Source of the DNA: Amoebophrya sp. A120
Taxonomy: Eukaryota; Protista; Dinoflagellata
Direction: 5' to 3'
Length of the DNA stretch: 64,000 nucleotides
Assembly: GCA_905178155.1 (NCBI GenBank)
Contig: CAJINV010000021.1
Span: forward strand, 731,530-795,529
In this document: in pieces, positions 12,560-23,865 of the stretch
How positions within the stretch are numbered: position 1 is the stretch's first letter
Layout: every line of letters begins with the position of its first letter
Notes under the pieces: generated by a model
The model's input: the letters and a program-made list of their open reading frames with translations, nothing else
The model's database searches: none
What the model was told of the DNA's origin: nothing
Position numbers and translations under genes: made by a program

Positions 12560-14749
12560 TCACGCAGCGTTATACGGCTTCCCCGCATGGTCGGGAAGGG
12601 ATATGTAGCCCGTATCGGGGTCGAACAAACCAAGATGAGTGCTGTATCCCACGCTGCCGGGGGCTTCCCAGGGCGGGATGAATTTGCACTTGTACTGGCA
12701 GTAGCCTGGGTCGATGGGCGGTTTGTTGTTCCTGACCGGCGCGTCGTGCGGGATGCCCAGTTGCCGCGTGATTCCCCACGGCAGGGCACCTTTATTTTGT
12801 GCCGCGAGCGCGCGCTCCATCAAGTCTTTGCGGCAGTCGAGGTGCAGCCAGTGACCGCAGCGGTAAATCTTTCCGATGTTCCACTCCGGGGGATCGTCCT
12901 CGTCCTCCAAGCAAATGGTGCAAGACCCGGGGCGCCGCAGCGTGACGTTCACCAGCTCCGTGGCGTCCGGGTTTCCGAAGAGGAGCATGCAGTTGTCCCA
13001 AAACTCGTACAGACCCGTGCGGAGGAAAGTGCTGCAGGTCGTTGTACTATCCACAAAGCCTTTCAGCACGTGGAAGCACTCGCGCATGATCGGCTTCGTC
13101 TCGACGATTGTAAACTCCTTCTCCCCACACCGCCGCGGCAGCATTTGTGCCTGAATGTCGTTGCCACTGAAATTATGGCACAACATCGTCATCAGGCCCG
13201 TGAACCGGACCAGTGCCCACAACTCTCGCAGATCGGGACGACCGCGCTGCCGCATGTGCTGCACCAAGGATCGCAGCACCTTCGGCAGGTCCTCGGCACA
13301 GTAAATGTCGATCGCCTTCATCATTTTTCGCAGGGGATACAGCGTCCATTGTGTGGGAAGTGCGTGCGGTCCAGAAACCTCCTGTCGCATCCGCGAGAAG
13401 AACTTGCGCTCAAAGTGGATGATCGATTCGATCGCACTGACGATGATGGCAATGCGCGCAACCTTGTCCTCTTCGGTCTTGTGCTTCGCCGCAGCCGCAG
13501 CGTCTTGCTCGCTTACAAACCCAAAGAGTTCGACGCCGCACCATGACTTGGCGACCACCTCGAACGGCGCATCGGCCTGGTCAAGGTCGGTGAACATGGT
13601 CAAAAAAGACAGCGTATGCATCGCAAATATGAATGGGAATGGAAGATGAGTGCAAGTTTTGTCATGCAGGCTTTTCATGGCCCATGAGGTCTCGTCTCGT
13701 CTGGAATGCGGGAGTTGAATGACATATTAAATATCATGCCTACCCTACATGAGAAAATCTCCTTCATCTTGCTCGAAAGTGGGCAGCTTCTGGCACTCAT
13801 GCAACACAGATTTTTGCATGATTCAGATTCAGCACGTAAAGTTGCAAATGCAATCTGCCAGACCTTGACATATTTGCAGTGCATACTGCGGGAATCCTCC
13901 TTCTTCCGCACAAAACGTGAGCTGATCGGTGTTGTTCATGAGAAGGAGAGTAACATGGCACACGTCCAGCCACAAGCGCAGCAGGTGCTTATTCTTTCGA
14001 AAAGGATTTTGGTTATCGGTTCGAAAATCGTCGCGGAGGCTGGAGCGAAAGGCGAGGTCGGCCACTAATCTGTATTTCTTGATGAATTGCTGGAGCTCGT
14101 CGGTCATCGTTGCGAAATGCTGCTGCAGCCCGCGAGAGCAGTTTCCCTCGTCCACTGGTGTGCCTGCTGCGCCAGGAGTTGAGGCCGCAGCAGGTGGGTA
14201 GTACTTCGTGTAGGAGAGAAATTTGAGCAGGAGAACAGACACGCACACGCGGACATCCGGCTCGGAGGCAGCATCCGTCCGCTCCCACTTCAGCTTCAGC
14301 AGGTCGAATCGCATCTCAGCATCGGCACGCGTGGCGGGGATCTGGTGCAGTTCTTGACGTTCAAACCACCGCCAGAACTGCTCCAACGCGTCCACTTCTT
14401 CGTCAGCGCCGTCAGCACGGCGGCCCTCGTCCCCGCTACCCGCATTCGCTGCTTCCAATGCGTCCTCCCCGGGCGTCGCAGCGGATGTTGATGACGCAGG
14501 GTTCGTAGATGCCGTCGTCTCCTGCGGTCCTCGTGTTTCACGTCGTTTGCTTTTGCAGTCGAGTTTGTGACTTTTCCACTCTCGTTTTTGGCATTCACGC
14601 GAACAATAGTACACGCGCTTGCAGCCGGTGCACGCCCTCAACTGCACACTAGCGGACCCCTCTGTTTCCCGTGTTCCACAACAATCGCATGCGTGCGGCT
14701 CGAGTTCTTGTGCTTGCGCGGTTGCGGAATCTGAAACACCGACAGCCAT
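12560..14749 (-). CDS. MYND zinc finger + C-terminal RING-H2-like protein (paralog 1), 2 exons
   Basis: MYND: CDCC..CTGCKRVYYCSRECQKREWKSHKLDC. RING-H2-like: CTIC..CGHWLHLDC..CQYKC. Exons join across the introner at 13615-13885. Confidence 0.88.
13615..13885. mobile_element. Introner, family A, diverged (271 bp), TSD CAGCG/CTGCG
   Basis: TIRs tatgcatcgcaaatatg / catatttgcagtgcata. Joins GGFP(Q/L) to SFLTMF in frame. Confidence 0.85.
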
Positions 14750-15390
14750 TTTGCTTTTTGATGAACAGGATCGGCCACAGTTATTAATCTTGAGCTGCTA
14801 TTAGAACCAGGACCAGCGCAGACGCGAAGCGGGTAGAGCTACTGGAAAAATGTTGCTGCAAAAGACTTTATTAATAGAGCGTCTTCAATGACGTCGCCTC
14901 CCACGACTGGTAATATTGGTAACGTCGTATGATCTCCTCTCACACTTTGTTATTGCGTTTTTTGAACAAAAACCCGCGCAAAGGAAGCGGGGTCATCAAA
15001 CCTGTGAACTCTGATGAAGCTTTGCGTTGCTTTACCGTTACGGAAACGGCGTTTCCGTTGGCTTCTCATGATGATAGATCAAGATCAGACTGTACATAAC
15101 CAACAAGGCTTCGACGTATATGGCTATCGCATGACCATGACCATGATTGCAACATGCTTGTTGTACCAGTTAGAATGATACATTTAGTTCGTTGTCAGTC
15201 CATGCTAGGACGGACCCACTTAACTCAGTCATGCTGCAATTTCTTGATCGTAAAAAATATAAAGAAGTCGACTCCTATTCTTCTGTTGGTCATGTGATCT
15301 AAACCCTACCTCCACGCAAGACTGAAGCTTCTATGAGATCCCGAAATGCCTGCTCTCCAAATGCAAATGATGAAGAATTTGAGCAAGTCG

Positions 15391-15655
15391 GGCTCTCTTG
15401 GTTCGGATTTTATCAAGGACCGGCGACCCTGGTAAAATCTTTACCAGGGACCCGGGTCCCAGATGAAATCCCTACGCAGGCTCCCACGGTACCGATTTGA
15501 CCGATCTCAGAATGGTCCAGATCCTAGCCAAATCCTGGATGATGACTTTATCAAGGACCGTCGTCCTAGATCAAAACTTTGCCAAGGAGCTCCGACCTAG
15601 ATAAAAACTTTACCAGGGACCTCCGTCCCTGATAAAATCGCACCCATACAGAGCG
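15391..15655. repeat. Foldback/MITE-like element built of five 31-bp imperfect palindromic units
   Basis: Units at 15409-15439, 15440-15470, 15547-15577, 15578-15608 and 15609-15639, e.g. tttaccagggacctccgtccctgataaaatc. The left and right arms are inverted relative to each other. Confidence 0.8.
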
Positions 15656-16114
15656 GGCAGTAGGTCCCAGAATGCCTAGAGATCTGGAGTCTCAGAGCCT
15701 GTGATGTGTGGAATGATGTCTATGATGAACCTTGATTGATGAATCTTCACAGGATGCAACGCAGCCAGAGGCTTTCGCCCTGTCTGCTGAGAGATTGAAG
15801 TGCTTGAACGTGTTAGAGACCTCTCGAAGGTAGAAGCTTTGGCCACTCAGTGTGGCAGGTGTGTTCAAAGTCCAACATCTTCATTGATTTATCAACACAG
15901 TAAATACATAGAAATGAAGAGCGGCATCAATAGTCGTTTCGAGTCTCGAATTTGCTCGTGCTCTGCTTGATGATGAAGATGATGATGATCGAGGGTAAAT
16001 TAAAATTATAACATACAGAGTAGGCGTCGCATCAAGTTTTTTGCGTTGTTGTTTCAGATTTAGACACTACTGACTTGAAACTCTGTCTTGTTGTATCACC
16101 TGTTGTTCACCTTC

Positions 16115-18237
16115 TCAGCTTGGCGGAGTATACCGCTGCGCCTCGTAGAGGTCCACCGGCTTGATCACGCCCGACATGGAGTCGAGCATGGCCACCATCT
16201 TCCGACTTCCGACGGAGCCATTCAGGTCCCAGGCCGCGCGGGCGGTGGGGTCGCACTTGAACTGACAGTGCGGCGGGAGCGGGGTCTTCAAGTCCCAGGG
16301 AAGCGTCGGATTGCGGTTCGCGTGCGCGACCATCTGCTCTCGGCACTCCAGGTGGAGCCAGTGGCCGCACATGTAGATTTTTCCCACATCCTCCTCCTTC
16401 ACCTCGCCCTCCTCGAAGCAAATCGCGCAGGTGTTCGGCGACTTCACCCGGATTCCAAGATCCTCTGCGGCCTTGGGAACGGCGAACAGAAAACAGGCGT
16501 CGCTCCAGAGATCGTGAAATTCCATGCGCAAAAAGCTGTGAAGATATTGGTTTTGACTTTCAGGAGCGCCGTCGCAGCTGGCGGATTGCACGAACTTCTG
16601 CACGATGTCAAAGCACTTCCGAAAGATGTTCCGCGCTTCCCGCAGACTCAGTTTCTTGTTCCCCGCAGTTCCGCCCCTCGCCGGCAGCCAGAGCTCCTGC
16701 TGCTCCCGCCCTTGGTAGTTCCAGAGCAGGTCGCCCATGCTGCGCAGGACAATCTGCAGTCCCCAGAAATCGCGAACGTTGAATCGCGGCTTCTTCCGGC
16801 GGATCGCGAGGACGAAGTCCAGCAGCAGTTTCGGCAAGTCCTCCGCGTGGTCCGCGCCCACGAGCTTGAGCAACTCGCGAATCGGGAGTATGCATTGCAA
16901 AAGTACGGTCTAGAGGAAGCAGAAGTAGATGAAATAGCATATGCATATACAAATTTCCAGAAAGAAAAATGAAATTCTGTTTTTGATCCTGAATGGGCTA
17001 CATAAACCACTCCCGTCATGCTGTACTGCAACTGGTGGTACAAGCGCGGTTAGCATACTTTTGCAATTAGCATAAGCAGCAACATGATGCAGAAAGACAG
17101 CGGCGAGTTGGCGACGACCCGAATTCGGGAAAAATAGCGTGCGTTGATTTTGGTCAGGGAGTCCACGAGGGTCCAAACGAGAAGTTTCTCCTCCATGGTC
17201 AGTAACTTCTTCTTCTTGTTTCCACTACTCTCAGTTTCAGTTACAATTTCCACATGATCCTTTCCGAAATTCCGCGCCACCCACCACGCCACCGTGTTGA
17301 AGGTGAGATCCAGACACCCCAGGATCCTCGAAAACCCGTCGCCCGCGTCGTTCGGCAAATAGTCCAGGAAGGTCCAGTCCGCGTTGCTCATCAGCAGCAC
17401 CAGGGCGGCGCTCGCTTCGATCCACAGCTTCAGCAGGGACTCATCCTGTGCAAAGAACGTATCGGGGGCTCGCCCGCAGTCGACGATGAAACCAATCAAC
17501 TCCTCCGTGATGTCCTCCCACGGGATGCTGGACTTGAGATTGTCAACATCTGCCAGTTCTTTGAAGTCACCCTCGCGGCTGCTCTGAGGATCTTCAACAA
17601 ACGGGAAATAATCCATGTAGTGTAGAAAGTTGAAGATCGCCAAGGACAAAGTCACCCGTGCGGCGACATGCCCCTTACATTGTCGCCATTTCGTCAAAAT
17701 CTCCTTGACCCGCCGCCCCGCATCGCTTATGCTGGTCGGAACACTGTTCAGGTTTTCGTCCTCGAACCACGCAAGCACGCCGTCGTAGGATGTTGTTGTA
17801 ACGCTTCTTGTTGACGCTATTGATGTTGTACAACTTACCGCAGCACCGCCGGGCTTGCAGTTTAGCTTGTGCTTCTTCCAGTCTGCACGTTGACAAGCTT
17901 CGGAACAGTAGTGTACGATCTTGCATCTGGAACACGCTTTCAACTTCTCGAGGTTGTTGGCACCAGTAGTGCCACATTTGTTGCAGCTCATGGCCACCTT
18001 CAAACTCGTCTCGTTGTGGTCCTCCTTCTTGTCCAGTATCGCCTTCGGTCTGGGCGCGTCCGCAATGCATCTCCGGTCGTTCTCGCTCTGCGCGTTCGTG
18101 TACAGAGATTCGTACGGCTTTCGCGACCACGTCGCTTTCTGGATGAACCGCAGGATGACGTGAGTGAAAACAAAATACAGCAAGCCACCCACGATCCGAC
18201 CGCAAATCTGCAGGGTGAACCCGAGTGCTTCCAACAT
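16115..18237 (-). CDS. MYND zinc finger + RING-H2-like protein (paralog 2) with N-terminal hydrophobic segment, 2 exons
   Basis: CNKC..CSRCKIVHYCSEACQRADWKKHKLNC and CAIC..CGHWLHLEC..CQFKC. Aligns with paralog 1 at AEDLPK and GKIY.CGHWLHL.C. Confidence 0.88.
16889..17074. mobile_element. Introner, family C, diverged (186 bp), TSD GGGAG/AGCAG
   Basis: TIRs tatgcattgcaaaagtac / atacttttgcaattagcata. Removing 191 nt joins the two ORFs in frame. Confidence 0.8.
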
Positions 18238-18848
18238 GATGGAGGAGCTGTTCCTTGATGCTCCACAGAGAAGGATAATATTTTTGATGTCGTTGGCTGG
18301 TTTTCTATTAATCGTCTCGACGTAGATACACCTCCGGACCGTTCACATAATAGTTTTTTTGACGGCCGCAACACTATCTTACAGCTTGATTTTCGCAGAT
18401 CGACCACTTTTGTCGCTGCAGCATTTGCATTGATTTTGTGCTTTGGTTTTTGTGTTTCATTAGCCAGCAGCGTGAAACGAAAGTAGAGCATGAGGATGAG
18501 CACAAACCTAGCATTAGTGGACAGAGATTCACGATGAAAATGGCTGCTCACGAAGACGATTCTCAACGAGTTACCATACCCTCACCCGATTCTTTTGCAG
18601 TTACGTAATGGAAACGCGCGGTAGAATGATCTTGTTTTTGATCATCCTGTGCGAAACTACAAAAATACGAGCCCAGCACCAAGGAGAACATTAGTCGTGT
18701 GGTCGCTAGGTATGATCTCGATTTCCTCCTCTGGTTCACGCAGTGCAGTAGAGGAATGGAGCCAATGAGAGCGAACGCAAGCGTCAGCTTTGGATCTTGT
18801 TCATCTTCGTCGCAGTACTACAACAACTGCCCGTCATGCTAGCTCTAT

Positions 18849-19405
18849 CTAAAAGTCATTTTCTCGGAATTCTCTGCAGCACCCCATGACGACGTGGACT
18901 AGAACCACGTAGTAGAAGAGCAGCGCGGCCCAGCCGACTAAATGTATTTCTAGGTATTCCTCAATTTGGAACACCCAGTACACCATGCCCCAGTAGTACA
19001 GCGTGTTGCTATACCGGACCGTATACGCAAAAGACCGAAGCATGTCGTCGTAAAGTTTGTCCTTGATCGCTTCCCCCTTGGCCTCGTTCTGCCGTCGGCG
19101 GCGCTGGTACTGTATGGAGTAGAACGCGATGAGGGAGACGTAGGCGAGAAGCAGCATCAGCCCGATGTTCCAGCTATCGTTGTAGAGGGACAGCTATCCT
19201 GTGCAAAAGTATCGCACTCGTAGTAATCGCAGTTATGCATTACAAATCTCCATCCCAAGGCAAAACAGCATGACAAATTCCATTTGTCACGCTGAGCTAA
19301 TTTGTATTGCAATTGCTACTAGTACGATACTTTTGCAGTTCATAACAGCGCGTGCAAGAAAATCTTCAAAAAACCGAAGACGACGCCGACGAGGAAAATC
19401 AGCAT
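18849..19405 (-). CDS. Small multi-pass membrane protein (~133 aa), 2 exons
   Basis: MLIFLVGVVFGFLKIFLHALS joins LYNDSWNIGLMLLLAYVSL... after introner removal. Several hydrophobic stretches. Confidence 0.75.
19195..19344. mobile_element. Introner, family C (150 bp), TSD ACAGC
   Basis: TIRs tatcctgtgcaaaagtatcg / cgatacttttgcagttcata. Perfect TSD; differs at 9 of 150 positions from the reverse complement of 21342-21491. Confidence 0.95.
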
Positions 19406-19552
19406 GCTGTTATTTTGCGGGAGTGAATATCAATATGAAACGAATCCTGTTATATATTGATTTTGCGGCACAACAAAATCCTAGTCCTAGTACGCCGGCC
19501 TCAAGTACATACAAGAACTCCGGGCAAATATCAAGAAACAAGAACAAAAATC

Positions 19553-19771
19553 TTACGCGACACAAAACGCCGCGTCCACGCTCTGCTCCCTCCACATGTA
19601 GAGTGAAAAGACGACACTTATTGCCATCAGGCCGAGCGTGTATTCTTGCATGCCTTCCCAGGGGGTCTCGCCGGTGAGGTAACCCATGACATCGAGAATG
19701 ATGCAGATCCCGATCACAACGAAAATGCCCGCGATTCCCTGAAACGCATACCGCCGCATGAAGTTCGTCGC
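19553..19771 (-). CDS. Probable last exon of a small two-TM membrane protein; upstream exon not resolved
   Basis: Pyrimidine-rich acceptor (ttctcccgttcag) followed by ATNFMRRYAFQGIAGIFVVIGICIILDVMG...LGLMAISVVFSLYMW. Confidence 0.4.
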   Translation of the reverse strand, partial: ATNFMRRYAFQGIAGIFVVIGICIILDVMGYLTGETPWEGMQEYTLGLMAISVVFSLYMWREQSVDAAFCVA

Positions 19772-21199
19772 CTGAACGGGAGAAATAGGTTTTTTGGATT
19801 TCTAACATACGACAAACCATATTCATCATCATCATCATCATCATAACATCATCATCATGCTCGCCAGGAATTAGGTGGAGGAGGTGTCCGTCTTCGTCTA
19901 CGCAAAACAAGAAGTGCTACAGCGCAACAGAATGCTGCCTAATTAGTGGTCAGCATAAGTAGACTCATACCCAATCGGCCGGCATGTTTGCTTCATCAAA
20001 AACCAGTTGGTAAAATTTTCGTGCGGTGATGCCGGCGAGGTAGATCACGAAAAGCGAAAGGACCAAATAGTCCACGCCTTTCCGCCGAATTAAGGCGCCC
20101 ATGACTTTTTTGTACTTGCGCAGAAACTTCTGCTTGTCCAACACACTCCCGCGGCGCGCTGTCGTGGCAGGAGCCCCTGCCGCCCGAGTTTTTTACCTTT
20201 TGTCTCAACACTCAAAGGCTCCTGCAGAGGTGCGCCACACAAATGGAGATCGACGGGTCTTCGCTGGAAGAGCTCTTACCGCAAGAGCAGCACGATCGTA
20301 AGACCGGCGCGGTTGTGCTGCCCTCTCATCTTCCACCATCGCGGCCGGCCCCGCTACATTTTTCAGGAATAAAGGTTGAGCAGATAAAAGGTTGAATTAT
20401 CGGTCGTGCATGAAAACAAGTAAGAAGTAAACCTTCGTATAAATGTGGAGATCTTCTGCTGTTGACCGCAAGAATTGCAAGCGCGATCACATCATCAATG
20501 ACGATGATCCAAAAAAAGCAACGGTTTTACGACAGTTCAGTTCTTGCACGACCGACAGAAGATGAACGACTTTCCGCGACCATGAAGACGTGGAGAAGGA
20601 ATGCCGTTGCCAGGACGACTCCACACTGTGAGGCCGCGTGAAAACAATAACAAACCGCAGGCCATATGCTGGCATCGTTTTATCTTTGTCCATGATGATG
20701 TACACCTACATTTGCAACTGGAGATTTCAAAAATGTACAAGGTAATCACCTGCAGGTGGACAAGGATTATTCCGTGAATTTCCATTTTTCGATTTGTGCT
20801 ATTGTATTACGACGTATCATACAAGAACAACTTAGACACGCTTCATCATTAATTAGCATGATATCCCGAAGACGGTAAAGTAATGGTGACTCCATTTTTT
20901 TCGTCCGATTTTCTTACTGGTACCGTTTACGGAAAGGTATGAGGACTGCCATATCTACATGTTTTCGGTGTTCGATGATGCTGTGTAGCGAGCCCAAAGA
21001 TAGATTATACATTGAGAATGAGATATGGCAACATTCGGATCCTGCAATAAATATTCATGTTATCATCGAGATTTGTTAGAAGTTCAATCTGAATTACAAC
21101 AAGTACCCGAGCAAGAACAAAGAAACGGCCAGTGTAGACTTTCTTAGTGTAGAAGACAGATATGGTGTTGATCATCTCTTTCGCTGCTGACCTGGTGCT

Positions 21200-22146
21200 C
21201 TACTGCTGCACCTCTTTTTTCCTCTTCCCGCCCTGGCTCCTCGGACTGGCCCCGCTCCGCGGACTGGCTCCGTAGGCGCCCACGGCGGAGGAGGCGTTGG
21301 AGCCGTGAAAACTCGACCCCGTGTTGTTCGCGGACGACGCGTATGAACTGCAAAAGTATCGTACTAGTAGTAATCGCAAGACAAATTAGCTCAGCACGAC
21401 AAATGGAATCTGTCATGCTGTTTTGCCTTGTGATGGAGATTTGTAATGCATGACTGCGATTACTACGAGTACGATACTTTTGCACAGGATAACGCGTTTC
21501 CCGCGGCCTGCGCCATCTGCATGGTGATAGCGCCAAGCTTATGCATTGCAGAAGTACCATACTCGTACGTATTCCATTTTCAATCGCAGACATGCATTAC
21601 AAATTCATTTTAAGCTTATTAATCCGCATTACAAATTTCGTTTCTCTTTCTGAGAAAATTTGCCATGCAATTTATACGTAGTACGATATTCTTGCAATGC
21701 ATAACGCTTTGCAAAATTCTCCGATTTCTCCGCTTCCTCTAGCTCTTGCAACTCCAGCACTTCCCGGTCCCGCTGGGCGAAGTTTCTCTCCGTCTCATCC
21801 ATGTAGTACTGCAGTTGGTCGTGGTACTCTCGCATCATATCCCACGAAAAAAGTGTTACAGTTACACATTTGTAGTCAATTCAGCAACACAAATTTCTCT
21901 GTATGAGAGAGAAAACTTGTAATGCAGAAATCCTACGGGAAAACACGTATGAAACGAGGCTCCTATGCATATCCGGCATGACAGAGCTTGTCTGTCTTGC
22001 TTGGTCTGCAACACTACCACAATGTGTAACTGTAACACTTTTTTCTTGCGATACATCATGACCGTGCGGTAGTAGAGGGAGATTGGGAAAAACAGCAGCA
22101 GGCACAGCAACCCGAACGCGAGAATCACATTGAACTGCGTAATCAT
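21200..22146 (-). CDS. Small protein with N-terminal TM and coiled coil; 4 exons separated only by introners
   Basis: MITQFNVILAFGLLCLLLFFPISLYYRTVMM/REYHDQLQ...ENFAK(R/L)/GAITMQMAQAAGNA/SSANNTGSS...KKEVQQ*. The ORF is open only after all three introners are removed. Confidence 0.8.
21342..21491. mobile_element. Introner, family C (150 bp), TSD ACGCG
   Basis: Perfect TSD; inverted near-copy of 19195-19344; frame restored. Confidence 0.95.
21540..21703. mobile_element. Introner, family C, diverged (164 bp), TSD AAGCT/ACGCT
   Basis: TIRs tatgcattgcagaagtac / gatattcttgcaatgcata; frame restored. Confidence 0.85.
21838..22053. mobile_element. Introner, family B (216 bp), TSD CATCA
   Basis: TIRs tatcccacgaaaaaagtgttacagttacacatt / aatgtgtaactgtaacacttttttcttgcgata. 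Perfect TSD. Confidence 0.95.
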
Positions 22147-22298
22147 GCTGCCGGACTCGATTTGCGTCGGGGTTTGGTTGCCGTGGGAGAGCTAGGTTTT
22201 TGTTTTTCGATCCATCAATCAAAGTGCTGGCGGTGCAACCGAAGTTTTACTGCACTAATCGATGAATAAAATAGTGTTAGTTAATGAATGATCATGCA

Positions 22299-23865
22299 TC
22301 ACAAGGTTGGTCTATCAAACTTTAAACTACGAATCGGACTTGGTTCACAAATGAATAGTACCGTGAAAGTGCACGACCAGGGGTCCTCATCGCAAAATTT
22401 CTCTCTGCCCTGCCCGTCAATCTCGGTCGTGATAAAATGGCAGCAGTTCGTGGTGGGCGGACACAATTCCCGAAACGGTTCGTCGTGCGGCTTCCCGTCG
22501 TCGTCAAATTTCAGGTGGAAATACGCCTGCCCGTGACCTTCCACCTGCAAACTATGCAACACAAATTTCCTCTCCTGCACATATACAAAATGCATCACAA
22601 ATTTCACCACCTTGGAAGAGCATGCACCTTGTCATGCTGATTAGGATAGAAAGAAAGTTTTGTCATGCAGAAACCGCATTTTTGGTACGTGTACGGGAGG
22701 TTTACTGTGGATACAACTCAAACAGACACTCCTCGCACTTGTGCCCCGGTTTGTACCCAATCGTGGTGCAGGTGGATTCCTTGCGCGGAAGAAGATTGCC
22801 CATAGCGGCGAAGTACACCATCATCAGAATCACGCCTGGTGGAGATTTTCATTTTGACGCGATGAAATATCGTCTTCATTGGAAGCGGCCATGCATGTTG
22901 CAAGTAGCGTGTCACTCATTCAACAAGGGAGAATCATGCAATATTTCTCATTCTCGAAGATTGAATTTCTCATCCAAAAAAAAATCGCAGTTTTAGTCAG
23001 CGTGGCAAACCAAATCTTCTTCTAACGAAGTAATCTATACCGGTGACGAAAATTCCCGTTGGTATGAGGAACCAGAAGCAGACGTTCTTTCGTGGATTTG
23101 TTGGCATTTTGTGCTTCTGCTTCCTCGTCTCTGTGTCTTCTGACCAGTCGGACTCACTCTCTTCGACCACGTGCAGTCTTGCGAGGAAATGGTGCCAACC
23201 GTGATGGTGGTGCCGACTGCTCTTCTTGGATGCCTGCCGCTGTTCGATCTGATGAAGATTTTTTTCCAAAGTTAAAGAAAGAACCCAGATTATATCACCT
23301 GCGCAGAATTTGAATTGAAGATTGATGGCGCTAATACGATGCCGCGAATCCCAAAGAAATAGAAACTCATGCAAAATCCAAAAGCAATATATTTCCATAC
23401 TCATACCAGTTCCCACGGCTTTGGCGGTCTTGGCGCGTAGACATATCGCACCTGTTCTCCTCGGTTGTAAAACTTCTTACTACTGCTTCGGGAAAAGGTC
23501 ACGCTCTCCTTCGAGGTTTTTTTCGACCTTGGCGCCGAAGAGATCGCTTTCGAACCGTGGAAAGACTTGGCCTTGGACCCCTCCGCAGTCCGCGCACCAC
23601 CATGGTGATCACCTCCGGCGGTTGGTCCTCCGTAGTACAGCTCCGGAATAGATTTACCCGCGACCGTCCTGTCATGCGACTGGACTCCCTCGGGGGACAC
23701 AATGTTCTTGAAGAGTTTCACCGAGCCACGAATGTTGTTCGGGTTGACCTGTTGTTTGCTGCCGGAGGAGGGCGAGGTGACCTGGTTTGTTCGGGTGCTG
23801 GGCGACTTCGGCTTTTTGTCGTTGGGCGTTGTGGCCCGGTCGTTCAGAAGCGTTAGCGGAGGCAT
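22299..23865 (-). CDS. Hypothetical membrane protein with Cys-rich C-terminal part, ~4 exons
   Basis: ORF 23401-23865 splices by GT-AG to IEQRQ...FWFLIPTGIFVT, then by GT-AG to GVILMMVYF...CEECLF, then across the 22553-22713 element to LQVEGHG...CPPTTNCCHF. Confidence 0.65.
22553..22713. mobile_element. Degenerate introner (161 bp), TSD CAAAC/CAACT
   Basis: Both ends keep TAT-N7-AAA (tatgcaacacaaa; tttactgtggata) and internal ttgtcatgc motifs. Removing 166 nt restores the frame. Confidence 0.7.

Noticed and set aside
12386-13546. Long plus-strand ORFs (also 16088-16972, 33452-34225, 57132-58130)
   Set aside because: Antisense shadows of GC3-rich minus-strand genes.
15409-15639. CRISPR array
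   Set aside because: The units abut with no unique spacers and are degenerate; there are no cas genes and the context is eukaryotic.
19201-19677. Recurrent ORF peptide QKYRTRSNRS (also in 21144-21593 and 56930-57148)
   Set aside because: Translation of the family C TIR, not a protein family.
19823-19858. (CAT)n microsatellite
   Set aside because: Simple short repeat with no further structure.
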